Source: an uncultured beta proteobacterium (GTDB lineage: Bacteria > Pseudomonadota > Gammaproteobacteria > Burkholderiales > SG8-41). Taken from it: 64,000 bases of DNA. Both the position numbers and the translations under genes were made by a program. Where the stretch lies: assembly GCA_903905655.1 (NCBI GenBank), contig CAIVHG010000035.1:722-64721 (forward strand), given 5' to 3'. Below, piece after piece: positions 9,633 through 19,152 of the stretch (positions within the stretch are counted from its first letter, which is position 1; every line of letters starts with the position of its first letter). The notes below the pieces were generated by a model. It had not been told where the DNA came from and made no database searches. It saw only the letters and a list, made by a program, of their open reading frames with translations.

Positions 9633-10817
9633 ATGAATCGCCGCGATCTGCTCAAGTATCTTGCGGGCGCCCCGCTCGCCGCCTCGGCGCTGCAACTATA
9701 TGCCGCGCCTGCCGCCAGCACAAAGCTGTTGGTGGTATTCATGCGCGGCGGTTACGACGCGGCCAATTTCCTGGTGCCGGTTTCCAGCAGCTACTACTAC
9801 GAAGCGCGTCCCAACATCTCGGTGCCGCGGCCGGGCCAGGGAACGAACGCAGCACTGCCGCTTGACGCGGACTGGGGATTGCATCCCGCGCTGCGCGACA
9901 CGCTATACAAGCTCTATGAAAAAGGCCAGGCCGCGTTCATCCCCTTTGCCGGAACCGACGACCTCTCGCGCAGCCATTTCGAAACTCAGGACAGCATCGA
10001 GCTCGGGCAGGCGCTCGACGGCAGCCGCAATTACGGCTCCGGCTTTCTGAACCGGCTTACCGAAACACTGACCGGTGCCCGCGCCATCGCGTTTACCGAT
10101 CAGTTGCCGATCGCCATGCGCGGCGGCGTGCGCGTTCCCAACATGGCTCTGAGATTCGTGGCCCGGCCCGGGGTCGACACACAGCGCAGCGCCGTCATTG
10201 CATCCATGTACCGCAATACTGCACTCGGCGCGCAGGTCGAGGAAGGCTTCGCCGTGCGCAACGAGGTGATGCAGGATCTGGCGGCCGAGATGGAAGCGGC
10301 GAGCCGCAATGCGATCACAACCCGAGGCTTCGAACTGGAAGCACGCCGCATTGCGAAACTGATGCGCGAGCGATTCAATCTCGGGTTCGTGGACGTCGGC
10401 GGCTGGGACACGCATGTAGGTGAAGGCGGCGCCAACGGCTACCTCGCGAGCCGTCTGGAAGAACTCGGCCGCGGACTCGCCGGCTACGCGGATGAGATGG
10501 GGCCGGCATGGCGCGACACCATCGTCGTCGTGATCAGCGAATTCGGGCGCACCTTCCGCGAAAACGGCAACCGCGGCACCGACCACGGCCACGGCAGTGT
10601 CTACTGGGTGCTGGGCGGCGGCATGCGCGGCGGCCGCATCGCGGGAGAACAGCAGCGCATCGCGCAGAAGACGCTGTTCCAGAACCGCGATTACCCGGTG
10701 CTCAATGAATACCGCGCTGTGTTCGGCGGACTGTTTGCGCGGCTCTACGGCCTCGGACCGTCAGAGATCGCGCGCATATTCTCAGGCGTACAGGCCAAGG
10801 ACATCGGCCTGATTTAA
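9633..10817 (+). CDS. DUF1501 family protein with Tat signal
   Basis: MNRRDLL Tat motif; FMRGGYD, SRSHFETQ, GGWDTH, SEFGRT..ENGNRGTDHGHG motifs; usual partner of DUF1800. Confidence 0.92.
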   Translation: MNRRDLLKYLAGAPLAASALQLYAAPAASTKLLVVFMRGGYDAANFLVPVSSSYYYEARPNISVPRPGQGTNAALPLDADWGLHPALRDTLYKLYEKGQAAFIPFAGTDDLSRSHFETQDSIELGQALDGSRNYGSGFLNRLTETLTGARAIAFTDQLPIAMRGGVRVPNMALRFVARPGVDTQRSAVIASMYRNTALGAQVEEGFAVRNEVMQDLAAEMEAASRNAITTRGFELEARRIAKLMRERFNLGFVDVGGWDTHVGEGGANGYLASRLEELGRGLAGYADEMGPAWRDTIVVVISEFGRTFRENGNRGTDHGHGSVYWVLGGGMRGGRIAGEQQRIAQKTLFQNRDYPVLNEYRAVFGGLFARLYGLGPSEIARIFSGVQAKDIGLI

Positions 10818-10844
10818 GAGATGCAGACGCCGGCGCCGGCGCTG

Positions 10845-11477
10845 CTAATTCAGCGCGAGCGGATTCGGCGTGGGGTCGGCGATCTTGGTGAGCAGGTTGC
10901 GATCCCTGTGGTGAAATGGCTCGGACTTGCCGCGGATCATGAGCACCGTGTCCTCGTCATAGGACCAGGTGCCGTCAGGGTTGATGCTCACCTTGATGCG
11001 GAACTCCACCGTCTTGAACGCGTATTCGAGAAACGGCGTGGAGCAGATGCCGTAGCTTTCCGCGCCTTTGGTCGCGACCAGCTCGAACTCCTTTGAATCC
11101 GCGGATGCCGTGCCCACTGCCATCGCGACCTGGGCGCGCGGAATGGTGAGCGTCTGGATGACAGTCCCGGTGGCGGGTTCCCAAAGCCAGTATCCGACCT
11201 GATCGTGGTAGGTCTTGGACTGGCCCGGCTTGACCATGTGCGTGTGATACCTGAGGCCGTAGAACAGCTGCGGCCCATTGGTCTGCGGATCGATCGGCTG
11301 CAGCTCGATGCGCTCGACGAACGCCTGCTTTTTCGGGCCGTCCGCCTTGGGCTTGACGTCGAGGCCGCGCGCCCCCTGCCAGATGCCCGCCATGCCCGTC
11401 AGCGGGCCGAGATTGCGCAGCGTATCGACATCGACGTCCGACGGCTCTGTATAAATATCCTCGGAAAACTCCTCCAT
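10845..11477 (-). CDS. Nitrobindin/FABP-like (DUF1794) heme-binding beta-barrel protein
   Basis: LGPLTGMAGIWQG, LFYGLRY and YHDQVGYWLW motifs; C-terminal His in PFHHRD. Confidence 0.8.
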   Translation of the reverse strand: MEEFSEDIYTEPSDVDVDTLRNLGPLTGMAGIWQGARGLDVKPKADGPKKQAFVERIELQPIDPQTNGPQLFYGLRYHTHMVKPGQSKTYHDQVGYWLWEPATGTVIQTLTIPRAQVAMAVGTASADSKEFELVATKGAESYGICSTPFLEYAFKTVEFRIKVSINPDGTWSYDEDTVLMIRGKSEPFHHRDRNLLTKIADPTPNPLALN

Positions 11478-11626
11478 GATGTACTCCTATGCAGTTATTA
11501 GGCATGGAGTCATGCGCAGCCTGGTGATGCTCCGGCCAATCGGACCCCGAAGCTGAATTATGCCACCTTGGTCACGCCTTTACTAAATGTCGAGGCCGGT
11601 GCGCGGCAGCACGGGACCAACGGCCA

Positions 11627-13303
11627 TCAATAGCTTCGACCGTTGTGCGTTTCCCCGTGACAGTTCAGATAGCACTGCCGGGTCACCGTATTGACGTAGA
11701 GCTTCGCGGCGGCACCAGTGCCCACCGGCGTATTGTCGGTGGTGGAAAGATTGATCAGCCGGCTGTTGAAGGTTGCGTTGCCCTGCGTGCCGCTGATCCC
11801 GTGCGGATCATGGCAGGCCTTGCAGCCATAGCGCAGATGTTCAGACCGGTTGTGCGGCGACCCGCTGGTGACGGTCGATTGGCGGTGGCACTTGTAGCAG
11901 ATGTCGCCGGCAGTCGGCGTGCTGTTGGTCGCATACGGCCGTTCCAGCAGCCGCACATTTGTAGATCCGTGCGGGCCGTTGGGTCCCGTTCCGCCGGCGC
12001 CCGGCCCGGCATTGTTGTTGTGGCAGTCTTCGCACTTGACGATGCTCGATATCGTCCACGGTGCGAGCAGGCTCGGCACGTTCGCGCTCTTGCCGGGTCC
12101 TGCGACCGGATGATACGACGGATTGAGCGTGCTGAATTCGAGCCGCGTATTGCTCTGCGCGATCTGGCGTGCGATGAGCGGCGCGGGCTGGCCGGGGCTG
12201 TCGGCATGGCAGCGAAAGCAGATTTGATACTCTGCAGTGGCGGGATTGATCGCGGCACCATTGATATCGATGCCGCGCACTCCGATGAGCGAGCCCGGCA
12301 GCGTTCCCGCCGTGGCATTGCTGGCGTGCGGATTGTGACAGTCCACGCACTCGACGTGACGCGACTGCGCCACCGCGGATTCGATCGGGTCGTGCACGCC
12401 GGTGGTGGCCGCCACCGGATGGATTGAAGATTTAGCGAACTCGCTCTGGACATTTTTCGCCGCTACGTTGCCGTTGTGGCAAGGGTAGCAGTTGTTTTCC
12501 TCGACAGCGGTGTTGAGGTTCCATTTTTTGCCGCCGGCAGCGTGCGGCCGATGACAGCTCTCGCACGCGTTTGCCGAAACCGTGGTCCAGCTGGTGTGCG
12601 GCCAGGGATTGGTGCCGCTGCCGTTCCAGGTCTTGGTCGACAGCCGGTGGTCGCTCTGACTCCAGTAATTCTTCAGGTGGCAGGTCTGGCACAGCGCGGA
12701 CCCCTGATTCGACATCACCAGAAACTTTCCATTGCTATCGTCATGCGGATCGTGGCACGCTGTGCACTGCAGCTGACCTGCGGCATCGAGCTTCACGCGC
12801 CCCGTGAGCAGGGAAGGTGCCGCAAGCTCGCCGCGCGCGGCAGCGAGCGCCGCCGAGTAAGTGATCGACACCGGGTGATCGTCCGAAAGATCCGTGCCGA
12901 TGGCGCTGGCCGAGCCGGTGGGCATAGTCGTCACCCCGCCTGCCATCGCGATCGGCGTGGCGCGATTCAGCACATCGCCCAGCGCTATGGTGCCGTCGTG
13001 GCAGCTCAGGCACAACAGCGAAGCGCCATTGGGCTGACCGGCGTTGCCTTTGGCGGTGGAACTCGTGTACGGAATATAAGTCGCGCCTGGTGTGCGCCGG
13101 TTCCACAGCTGAGCGCTCGGTGCATTGTTATGCGGTGCATGGCAGAACACACAAATCTGCGGTTCCGACGCGCCTTTGACAGTCCCCGGTCCGCTCACCG
13201 ACAAATTATGTTTGCTCGTCGCCAGCAAACCAGCCGCAGCCGCCGGGAAAATCACGCACACTGCAACGACGATGGCGGCGAGCCACCGCAGCCAGCGACT
13301 CAA
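11627..13303 (-). CDS. Exported multiheme cytochrome c, 11 CxxCH plus 1 CxxxCH, with an N-terminal OmcE-like tetraheme module
   Basis: Signal peptide; motifs CVFCH, CLSCH, CTACH, CQTCH, CESCH, CYPCH, CVDCH, CFRCH, CEDCH, CYKCH, CKACH, CYLNCH. Confidence 0.93.
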   Translation of the reverse strand: MSRWLRWLAAIVVAVCVIFPAAAAGLLATSKHNLSVSGPGTVKGASEPQICVFCHAPHNNAPSAQLWNRRTPGATYIPYTSSTAKGNAGQPNGASLLCLSCHDGTIALGDVLNRATPIAMAGGVTTMPTGSASAIGTDLSDDHPVSITYSAALAAARGELAAPSLLTGRVKLDAAGQLQCTACHDPHDDSNGKFLVMSNQGSALCQTCHLKNYWSQSDHRLSTKTWNGSGTNPWPHTSWTTVSANACESCHRPHAAGGKKWNLNTAVEENNCYPCHNGNVAAKNVQSEFAKSSIHPVAATTGVHDPIESAVAQSRHVECVDCHNPHASNATAGTLPGSLIGVRGIDINGAAINPATAEYQICFRCHADSPGQPAPLIARQIAQSNTRLEFSTLNPSYHPVAGPGKSANVPSLLAPWTISSIVKCEDCHNNNAGPGAGGTGPNGPHGSTNVRLLERPYATNSTPTAGDICYKCHRQSTVTSGSPHNRSEHLRYGCKACHDPHGISGTQGNATFNSRLINLSTTDNTPVGTGAAAKLYVNTVTRQCYLNCHGETHNGRSY

Positions 13304-14322
13304 GCGTCGCCCCCGATATACCGAAACACCTGGACGCGGCTGTTGTATGAATCGGCAACGTAGATTAAATCGTCGTCGCCAATGTAGATGCCCGCCGGCA
13401 GCCAGAATTCTCCGCGCTCGCGGCCGAGCGCGCCGAATGCGAGAAGCAGCCTGCCTGCAGTGTCGAATATCTGCACCGCATTGAACAGCGCATCGACAAC
13501 GTAGATGTGTCCATAGCGATCGGTGGCCACGCCCTTCTGGCGCAAATGATCCCCGCTGCCGTCGCCCAATTGCCCAAACTTTCCCAGATAGCGACCGCCA
13601 TCGTCGAAGATCTGGACGCGAAAATTCATGGCATCAGTTACATAGAGCTTGCCCTGCGGCGTGCGCCAGATGAGCGTCGGATAGTTGAATTCACCGTCGC
13701 CCGCGCCGCGGCGCCCGAAACTGTACGCGAGTTTTCCATTGCGCTCGAACACCTTGACGTCGTGCGCAGTGGTGTCCACCACGTAAATCCGTCCGCTCCT
13801 TGCATCGACCGCGATCCCGGTCGGCTGCCTGAGCGGTGCGCTCAGTGCGACGCGGGAAATCACATGTTCGCGCGGCCGCATGACCGACACGGTGGCGAGC
13901 GCAGAATCCGTGACGTAGACCTCTCCCGCCGCTCCACGTGCGAGCCCCACGGCAGACGGCAGTGCGCCGCTCTCAGGACGCAGCAATTCGTAATCGCCAT
14001 TTGCGGTGTCAAAGCGATGCACGCCTTGTGCGCCCGGGTCTGCTACATAAAGCATTGGCCCGACCGCGAGCACTGCCATCGGCCGCACCAGCCGTGAGTC
14101 GCTGCCGCCGAACAGCGCGTCCGCGACGCGCTGCAGGAAACCCTTGGTGATACCGAGATCGTCGGGGCGCGCAATCGTCTCGACGTACGCGATCCGCGGC
14201 GCCGCCGGCGCCGCCGGCCACACCAGCGGCACCTTGTCCTCGGCTTTATGCACTGTTGGCGCGCATGCAGCCAGCGCCAGCAGCATCCAGATCACACAGG
14301 CCTTGTGTAGACGAATGCTCAT
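13300..14322 (-). CDS. NHL-repeat six-bladed beta-propeller lipoprotein
   Basis: Lipobox LAAC; repeats such as QPTGIAVD..IYVVD, GEFNYP and YVADSYNSRVQVF; ATGA overlap with the 12-heme gene. Confidence 0.9.
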   Translation of the reverse strand: MSIRLHKACVIWMLLALAACAPTVHKAEDKVPLVWPAAPAAPRIAYVETIARPDDLGITKGFLQRVADALFGGSDSRLVRPMAVLAVGPMLYVADPGAQGVHRFDTANGDYELLRPESGALPSAVGLARGAAGEVYVTDSALATVSVMRPREHVISRVALSAPLRQPTGIAVDARSGRIYVVDTTAHDVKVFERNGKLAYSFGRRGAGDGEFNYPTLIWRTPQGKLYVTDAMNFRVQIFDDGGRYLGKFGQLGDGSGDHLRQKGVATDRYGHIYVVDALFNAVQIFDTAGRLLLAFGALGRERGEFWLPAGIYIGDDDLIYVADSYNSRVQVFRYIGGDA

Positions 14323-14324
14323 GC

Positions 14325-16343
14325 TCAGAATTCTCTGCGGCCAACAAGCTGGATCAGGTTGCGCACGCGCTCGGTGTTGCCCTGAGTTTCGCGCGAGCGC
14401 CCGATATCCAGCGTGAGGCTCGCCTTGCGATAGCGCCATTGGCCCTTGATCGAGGCCGCCATGCGGCTGCGCGGCAACACGCCGCCGATGTCCCGTTCGT
14501 AGCTCGCATCCGCGGACAGGTCGAGTCCGAACCAGCGCTGCGACCAGTACCTGAAGTCGTACGCGGTGAGATTCACATTCTGCGTGGAGTTCGCGTAGTC
14601 GACCCGGGTGCGGCGCATCCCGACGCGCACGTTGCCGGTGCCGAAGAACGGGTCTTCGCTCTGCACGTAGACGTCGCTTGCCACGCGCGTATAGGGAGAG
14701 ATCGCTTCGCGCCGGTCTTCGCTCTCGAAACTGCCACCGACCGAAGATTCGAACGGCGTCTTCAGTGGCATATCCGCCCGCACCCCATACAGGCTACCGT
14801 GCACCGTATTGAGCTGAAACGTGGGACTGCCCGAGGTCAGACGCGGCGTGGACTCAATAAAGCGCAAATACACGCTCACGTAGTTGCGCAGGCTCCAGTT
14901 GATGTTCAGCGTCTGATCGGACTGTGCATAGGCGTAAGTGCCCCCGACGTCGTAGCTGTAGTCCACCAGCACTTCCTGGCCGTCGACGATGTTGCCCCCG
15001 ATCAGCCGCTGCAAGCGCATCTCCAGGCCGACCACGGTGATTGTGTAATCACTGCCTTCCACAAAGGACTGCGTGCGCGTGTTATTGCTGACGAGCACGC
15101 TGCCGCCGACGACATGCTGGTGCGAAAGTGGGGAATACGCGATTCCCGTCAGCGTAACGCGTTCTCCGATCACTGCGGTCTGGTTTGCCACGGCCTTCTG
15201 CTCGCGCAGATCGCGGCGCACGGCGTAGTTCACCTGCACGCTGCCCAGCGGAAGCGCATGCTGGTAGCGCCCCGATGCGTCGACCCCAGTTGTGCTCGAG
15301 GTGTACTGGCTGGTCCGGTTGTTTTCGCCATGCACGCTTACGGTCGCCGTGAGATCCTTGTGCGGCCAGTAGCTTGCGCCAGCGCTAACGGCATTGACTA
15401 CAGAGGAAAGTGCTCCCTGATTGCTCGAGTTGTAGTTGTACGTCGCGAAACTCTGCAGCTGTTCCGAGTGCCGGCCGCGCACATCCAGAAATGCTCTGGC
15501 GTCCCGGCGATCGGGCAGTGCGCTCTGCCCAGTCACGTAGCTCTGGGTATTCAATGCGAGAAGATTGACGAGATCGAATTGCCGGTTCGCGCCGAACGTG
15601 AATCGTGAATCGGCGCTCACGCTCTGCGTCGTGGAGTTGCTCGCCTGGACGGGAAGATTAGGGCTGCCGCTGATCGATGCCTGCTTCGTGCTCTGATATT
15701 GCACCTGAGTCGCACCCAGCGCACCGAACGACCGTGTTGCCTTGAAGTTGAGGCGGTCAAGCATATCGTCGATGATGCGGTCTACCCCCCGGCCCTGGGA
15801 ATGCGCACGCGTTGCGTCCACATACACAGGCACCGGCGTCACCGGCCCCAATATTGACATATCAAAACCGTAGCGCGTGTTCTGCTGCGTGAGGACCTGG
15901 CCAGGCGAGACACTCAGGGTAGGATTCAGATGATCGTAGAACACCGATCCTCGATAAGGCTTGTCGCGCAGTATCGTCGCCCGGCCGGTCAGGTTGTAGA
16001 GCGCGCCCTTCGACTGATCGCTACTGGTATCGCTCGCGAAGCTCTGACGCTGCAACACCGGTCCGCCTCCGATGTCGAAGCTCAGCAGGCTCGGATGGTA
16101 TGCATAGCTGTGCGTCATCAGAAACAACTCCTGCCGCAGATCCGCCTGCGCCTGGCGCGATCGCACCGGGGTTCCGCCGGCTGCCGGCTGCCCAGTCACA
16201 AACTCGTCACGCAAATAGCGTATCGTCGCGTAACCTTCCATGGCCGTGAAACGAAACGGCACGATGTCCTCGGCACGACATGAATCCGGCGGCGCCATGA
16301 GAAGTGCCAAGCCGCCGCAGGCCAGGAGCACCGCTGCTTGCAT
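14325..16343 (-). CDS. Large outer-membrane beta-barrel (porin of a porin-cytochrome type complex)
   Basis: Hydrophobic signal segment, many alternating Tyr/Ser/Thr/Arg beta-strands, C-terminal Phe (GRREF); sits among cytochrome genes. Start uncertain (16343 or 16466). Confidence 0.75.
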   Translation of the reverse strand: MQAAVLLACGGLALLMAPPDSCRAEDIVPFRFTAMEGYATIRYLRDEFVTGQPAAGGTPVRSRQAQADLRQELFLMTHSYAYHPSLLSFDIGGGPVLQRQSFASDTSSDQSKGALYNLTGRATILRDKPYRGSVFYDHLNPTLSVSPGQVLTQQNTRYGFDMSILGPVTPVPVYVDATRAHSQGRGVDRIIDDMLDRLNFKATRSFGALGATQVQYQSTKQASISGSPNLPVQASNSTTQSVSADSRFTFGANRQFDLVNLLALNTQSYVTGQSALPDRRDARAFLDVRGRHSEQLQSFATYNYNSSNQGALSSVVNAVSAGASYWPHKDLTATVSVHGENNRTSQYTSSTTGVDASGRYQHALPLGSVQVNYAVRRDLREQKAVANQTAVIGERVTLTGIAYSPLSHQHVVGGSVLVSNNTRTQSFVEGSDYTITVVGLEMRLQRLIGGNIVDGQEVLVDYSYDVGGTYAYAQSDQTLNINWSLRNYVSVYLRFIESTPRLTSGSPTFQLNTVHGSLYGVRADMPLKTPFESSVGGSFESEDRREAISPYTRVASDVYVQSEDPFFGTGNVRVGMRRTRVDYANSTQNVNLTAYDFRYWSQRWFGLDLSADASYERDIGGVLPRSRMAASIKGQWRYRKASLTLDIGRSRETQGNTERVRNLIQLVGRREF

Positions 16344-16473
16344 TGCACGGCCGCCTGCTGCGTTGCCTGCAAGCGAACAGCGCAACCTAGAGGCGTCCAG
16401 CGCTCGTTGCTTAATCGCCACGCCGCCGCTCCGCTGTTGCCGGTATCCATCCCCTTCCCCGTCCAATGCATCG

Positions 16474-17619
16474 TCACCGCGCAGTATTGGTATTGGCCGC
16501 CTGTGTGGTCACAGATTTGGCGTCGGGTGGATAGCTCATGCCGTTCATTTTTCCGAATCCGTATACGTCGACCTTGTTCGGACCAAACTGGCTGACGACG
16601 AAAATCAGGTAATCGATGGCAAACCTCGGGTCTGCGTAGCGGCGGAACAGTTCCACATTCTTGTAGTCGATCGAAACGCCTGCCGGAAGGTTGAGGCCCT
16701 CAGCGCCTGCACCGGGCTGACCAAAGTAGAGCAGCAGCCTGCCGTCGTTGTCGAATATCTGCACGTTCTCGAATGCCGAATCCCCGACATAAAGACGGCC
16801 AGAACGGTCGATCGCAATGCCTTTGGGACGCACGAACTTTCCGACTTCAGCGCCCAGATCTCCGTAGATGCGCACGAGCTTGCCTTCGGCCGTAAAGCGC
16901 TGCACTCTGAAATTGCTGGTATCGACGACGTAGACATCGCCATCCGGGCCGACGGCGATATTGGTGGGATGAAACAGCTCGCCGCGCTCGGACCCCGCGG
17001 TACCGAACTTGAATTGCGGCTTGCCCGTACGCTTGTCGAGCACCACCACCTGATGATGCTTGATGTCGACGACGTAGAGGCGCTCCCCGGAAATTACCGT
17101 GTCCACCGGTTTGAATTCGCCGTCCGCGCCATACGCATACTGGAAGCGATCGCTGCCGTCGTAGACCAGAACCTGGTCGCGCCCGGTATCCGTCACGTAC
17201 TTCGTGCCGTCCGCATCGATCCTGACGTTGATCGGCCGCTGCATGCGCCCATTGCCCACTCCCGAAAGCAGCGTGAACCGATGCTGCACGAAATCGAAAA
17301 CCGCAAGGCCCGATGCACGGCTGTCAGCCACGTAGAGCTTGCCTTCGTACATGGCCACGCCGTACGGCTGTTTGAGGCGCTGCACGTTCTGATCATCGCC
17401 AAGCACAAACTTTGCGAGGCTGCTATCCGCCGCATTCACGTCGCGGTCGCTCATGATCGTGGTCAGATGCTGGATGCGCGGCGCATCCGGCAACGCCGGA
17501 TAAAAAACGGCGCCGGGCGCCGTGACAACCTTCGGCCCCGGTGCCGCGCAAGCTGCAACCAGCGACACCGCGAGCGCAATCAGGGCGCGGCGCAAAACTC
17601 TACTCTCAAACATCGTCAT
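16474..17619 (-). CDS. NHL-repeat beta-propeller lipoprotein
   Basis: GGAG RBS before ATG 17619; lipobox VAAC; repeats QPYGVA..LYVAD, HPTNIAVGPDGDVYVVD, RPKGIAID..LYVGD. Confidence 0.9.
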   Translation of the reverse strand: MTMFESRVLRRALIALAVSLVAACAAPGPKVVTAPGAVFYPALPDAPRIQHLTTIMSDRDVNAADSSLAKFVLGDDQNVQRLKQPYGVAMYEGKLYVADSRASGLAVFDFVQHRFTLLSGVGNGRMQRPINVRIDADGTKYVTDTGRDQVLVYDGSDRFQYAYGADGEFKPVDTVISGERLYVVDIKHHQVVVLDKRTGKPQFKFGTAGSERGELFHPTNIAVGPDGDVYVVDTSNFRVQRFTAEGKLVRIYGDLGAEVGKFVRPKGIAIDRSGRLYVGDSAFENVQIFDNDGRLLLYFGQPGAGAEGLNLPAGVSIDYKNVELFRRYADPRFAIDYLIFVVSQFGPNKVDVYGFGKMNGMSYPPDAKSVTTQAANTNTAR

Positions 17620-17824
17620 TAGGTCTCCAGGGGTTATGACACTGGGCGGATGTTCGCTGCACGAACCGTGGGCACCGGTAAACGCCGCAAAAGCAGCGCA
17701 CGCCCGCAGGATGAACTCGAAACATCTACCATCGGCGTTCCGATCGGCGCATCGCCACACGCACCTGCGTGCGGCAAGTAAACGCAGGGCAATGCACCGC
17801 TCGCAACTGATCTCTGGAATAGCC

Positions 17825-18478
17825 CTACTTGTTGTGGCAGGCGAGGCAGATGGTGCTTCCGGCCTCCGGCAGCTTCACCAGGTGACTGGTGCCAGCGGTG
17901 AAGGTGTTATGGACGTCGTGACACGACGAACATTCCATCTTGCCGTTGTAGAGCAGGGTTGCGGTTATGGTACCGGTTTTGGTCTGGCTTCCCGATCCAA
18001 TGGTCACCGACTTCGTGCTGGGATCGAACAGGGCGCCGTCCGCCGTAGCGAGCGCGGTGTTGTAAGTGAATCCGATCGGATGATCATCCGCCAGCGAGGT
18101 GCCTATGTTATTTACAGCGGAGATCATCGTAGTGCCCGTATTGCCGCCGAAGCTGTCTATGGCGACCGTGCCGTCGTGGCAGGACAGGCAAAGCTTCGAA
18201 AGTCCGCTCGGCTGCCCCATGGGGCCGGCGTTGAGCGTCGGGCTGCTGTACACCGTATAGGTCTGCGTGGAGTTGGCATGACTCCACAACGGCGCATCGG
18301 TCACGCTGGTATCGGATTTGTGCGTCACGTGGCAGGCCACGCAGATGCGCCCGCCCGACCAGGCCTTGGTCGTGAAGTCATGCTGTGACCCTGTGATCGT
18401 GCCTGCGACACAGACACCCGCGCCCAGAAGGAACATCAACCCCGCCAGTACCGCCCATCTCGTAGCTTTCGCTCTCAT
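17825..18478 (-). CDS. OmcE-like exported tetraheme cytochrome c (candidate nanowire subunit)
   Basis: GAGGAG RBS, Sec signal; SQHDF..ICVACHVTH..PLW..YSS..SKLCLSCHDG..IGTSLADDHP..MECSSCHDVH..AGSTICLACHNK follows the motif order I recall for Geobacter OmcE. Confidence 0.85.
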   Translation of the reverse strand: MRAKATRWAVLAGLMFLLGAGVCVAGTITGSQHDFTTKAWSGGRICVACHVTHKSDTSVTDAPLWSHANSTQTYTVYSSPTLNAGPMGQPSGLSKLCLSCHDGTVAIDSFGGNTGTTMISAVNNIGTSLADDHPIGFTYNTALATADGALFDPSTKSVTIGSGSQTKTGTITATLLYNGKMECSSCHDVHNTFTAGTSHLVKLPEAGSTICLACHNK

Positions 18479-19152
18479 TATTTTCTCCTCACCATTTCCA
18501 TTTGCACACCACGCAATACCCTTCTTCAAGGACATTGCTCCACTACTTTTCCACTACGGCCGTATGGTTTTCTTTTTACGATCGAGTGTCAACGTGCAAA
18601 AGTCACATGCGCCGCGTTATTTTTACAATTCGCTAAATTGTTCGATGAACAGCGTTATGACATTTACATACCCGCAACCGCATCAACAACGATCATTAAT
18701 CGCATTGGCGATCGCACATCATCACCGCGAAGCATCGCGCCACGCTTGAATGCAATCACACACACCGCCCCCGCTTCTCCATACACGACAAATTAGCGCT
18801 GCGTAGCCGTTAGATGAATGAGCATCTCATAGCTCGACAATCGGGGTTCCTTTAGCCGCCATCAACAGCCTCGTCGCTCGACAACAGTTGTAGATTTTCT
18901 TCTGTTCATTTCTCGTCAGTCGTGAATTAGTTCCTAACGATCGTGACCTATCTGCATTTAACTTCGACACCAAATGTGGATCACCACACTACGGCAGTGA
19001 TTGAAGTAGCCGCGAACAAGAAGGAAAGACCAGAATGCCAGCCAGCCCGCTCGGGCTTACACTGAGCGCGCTCTGCCCGCGCATGCGCGTGATGTCTGCA
19101 GCCGCTGCAGCGAAAGCATGCAGTCATCGTCATTTCCCTCGGTATCGATGCA

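Noticed and set aside
18673-18687. Possible FNR site (ATCAA) in the cytochrome intergenic region
   Set aside because: Only one half-site; no TTGAT partner at N4 spacing.
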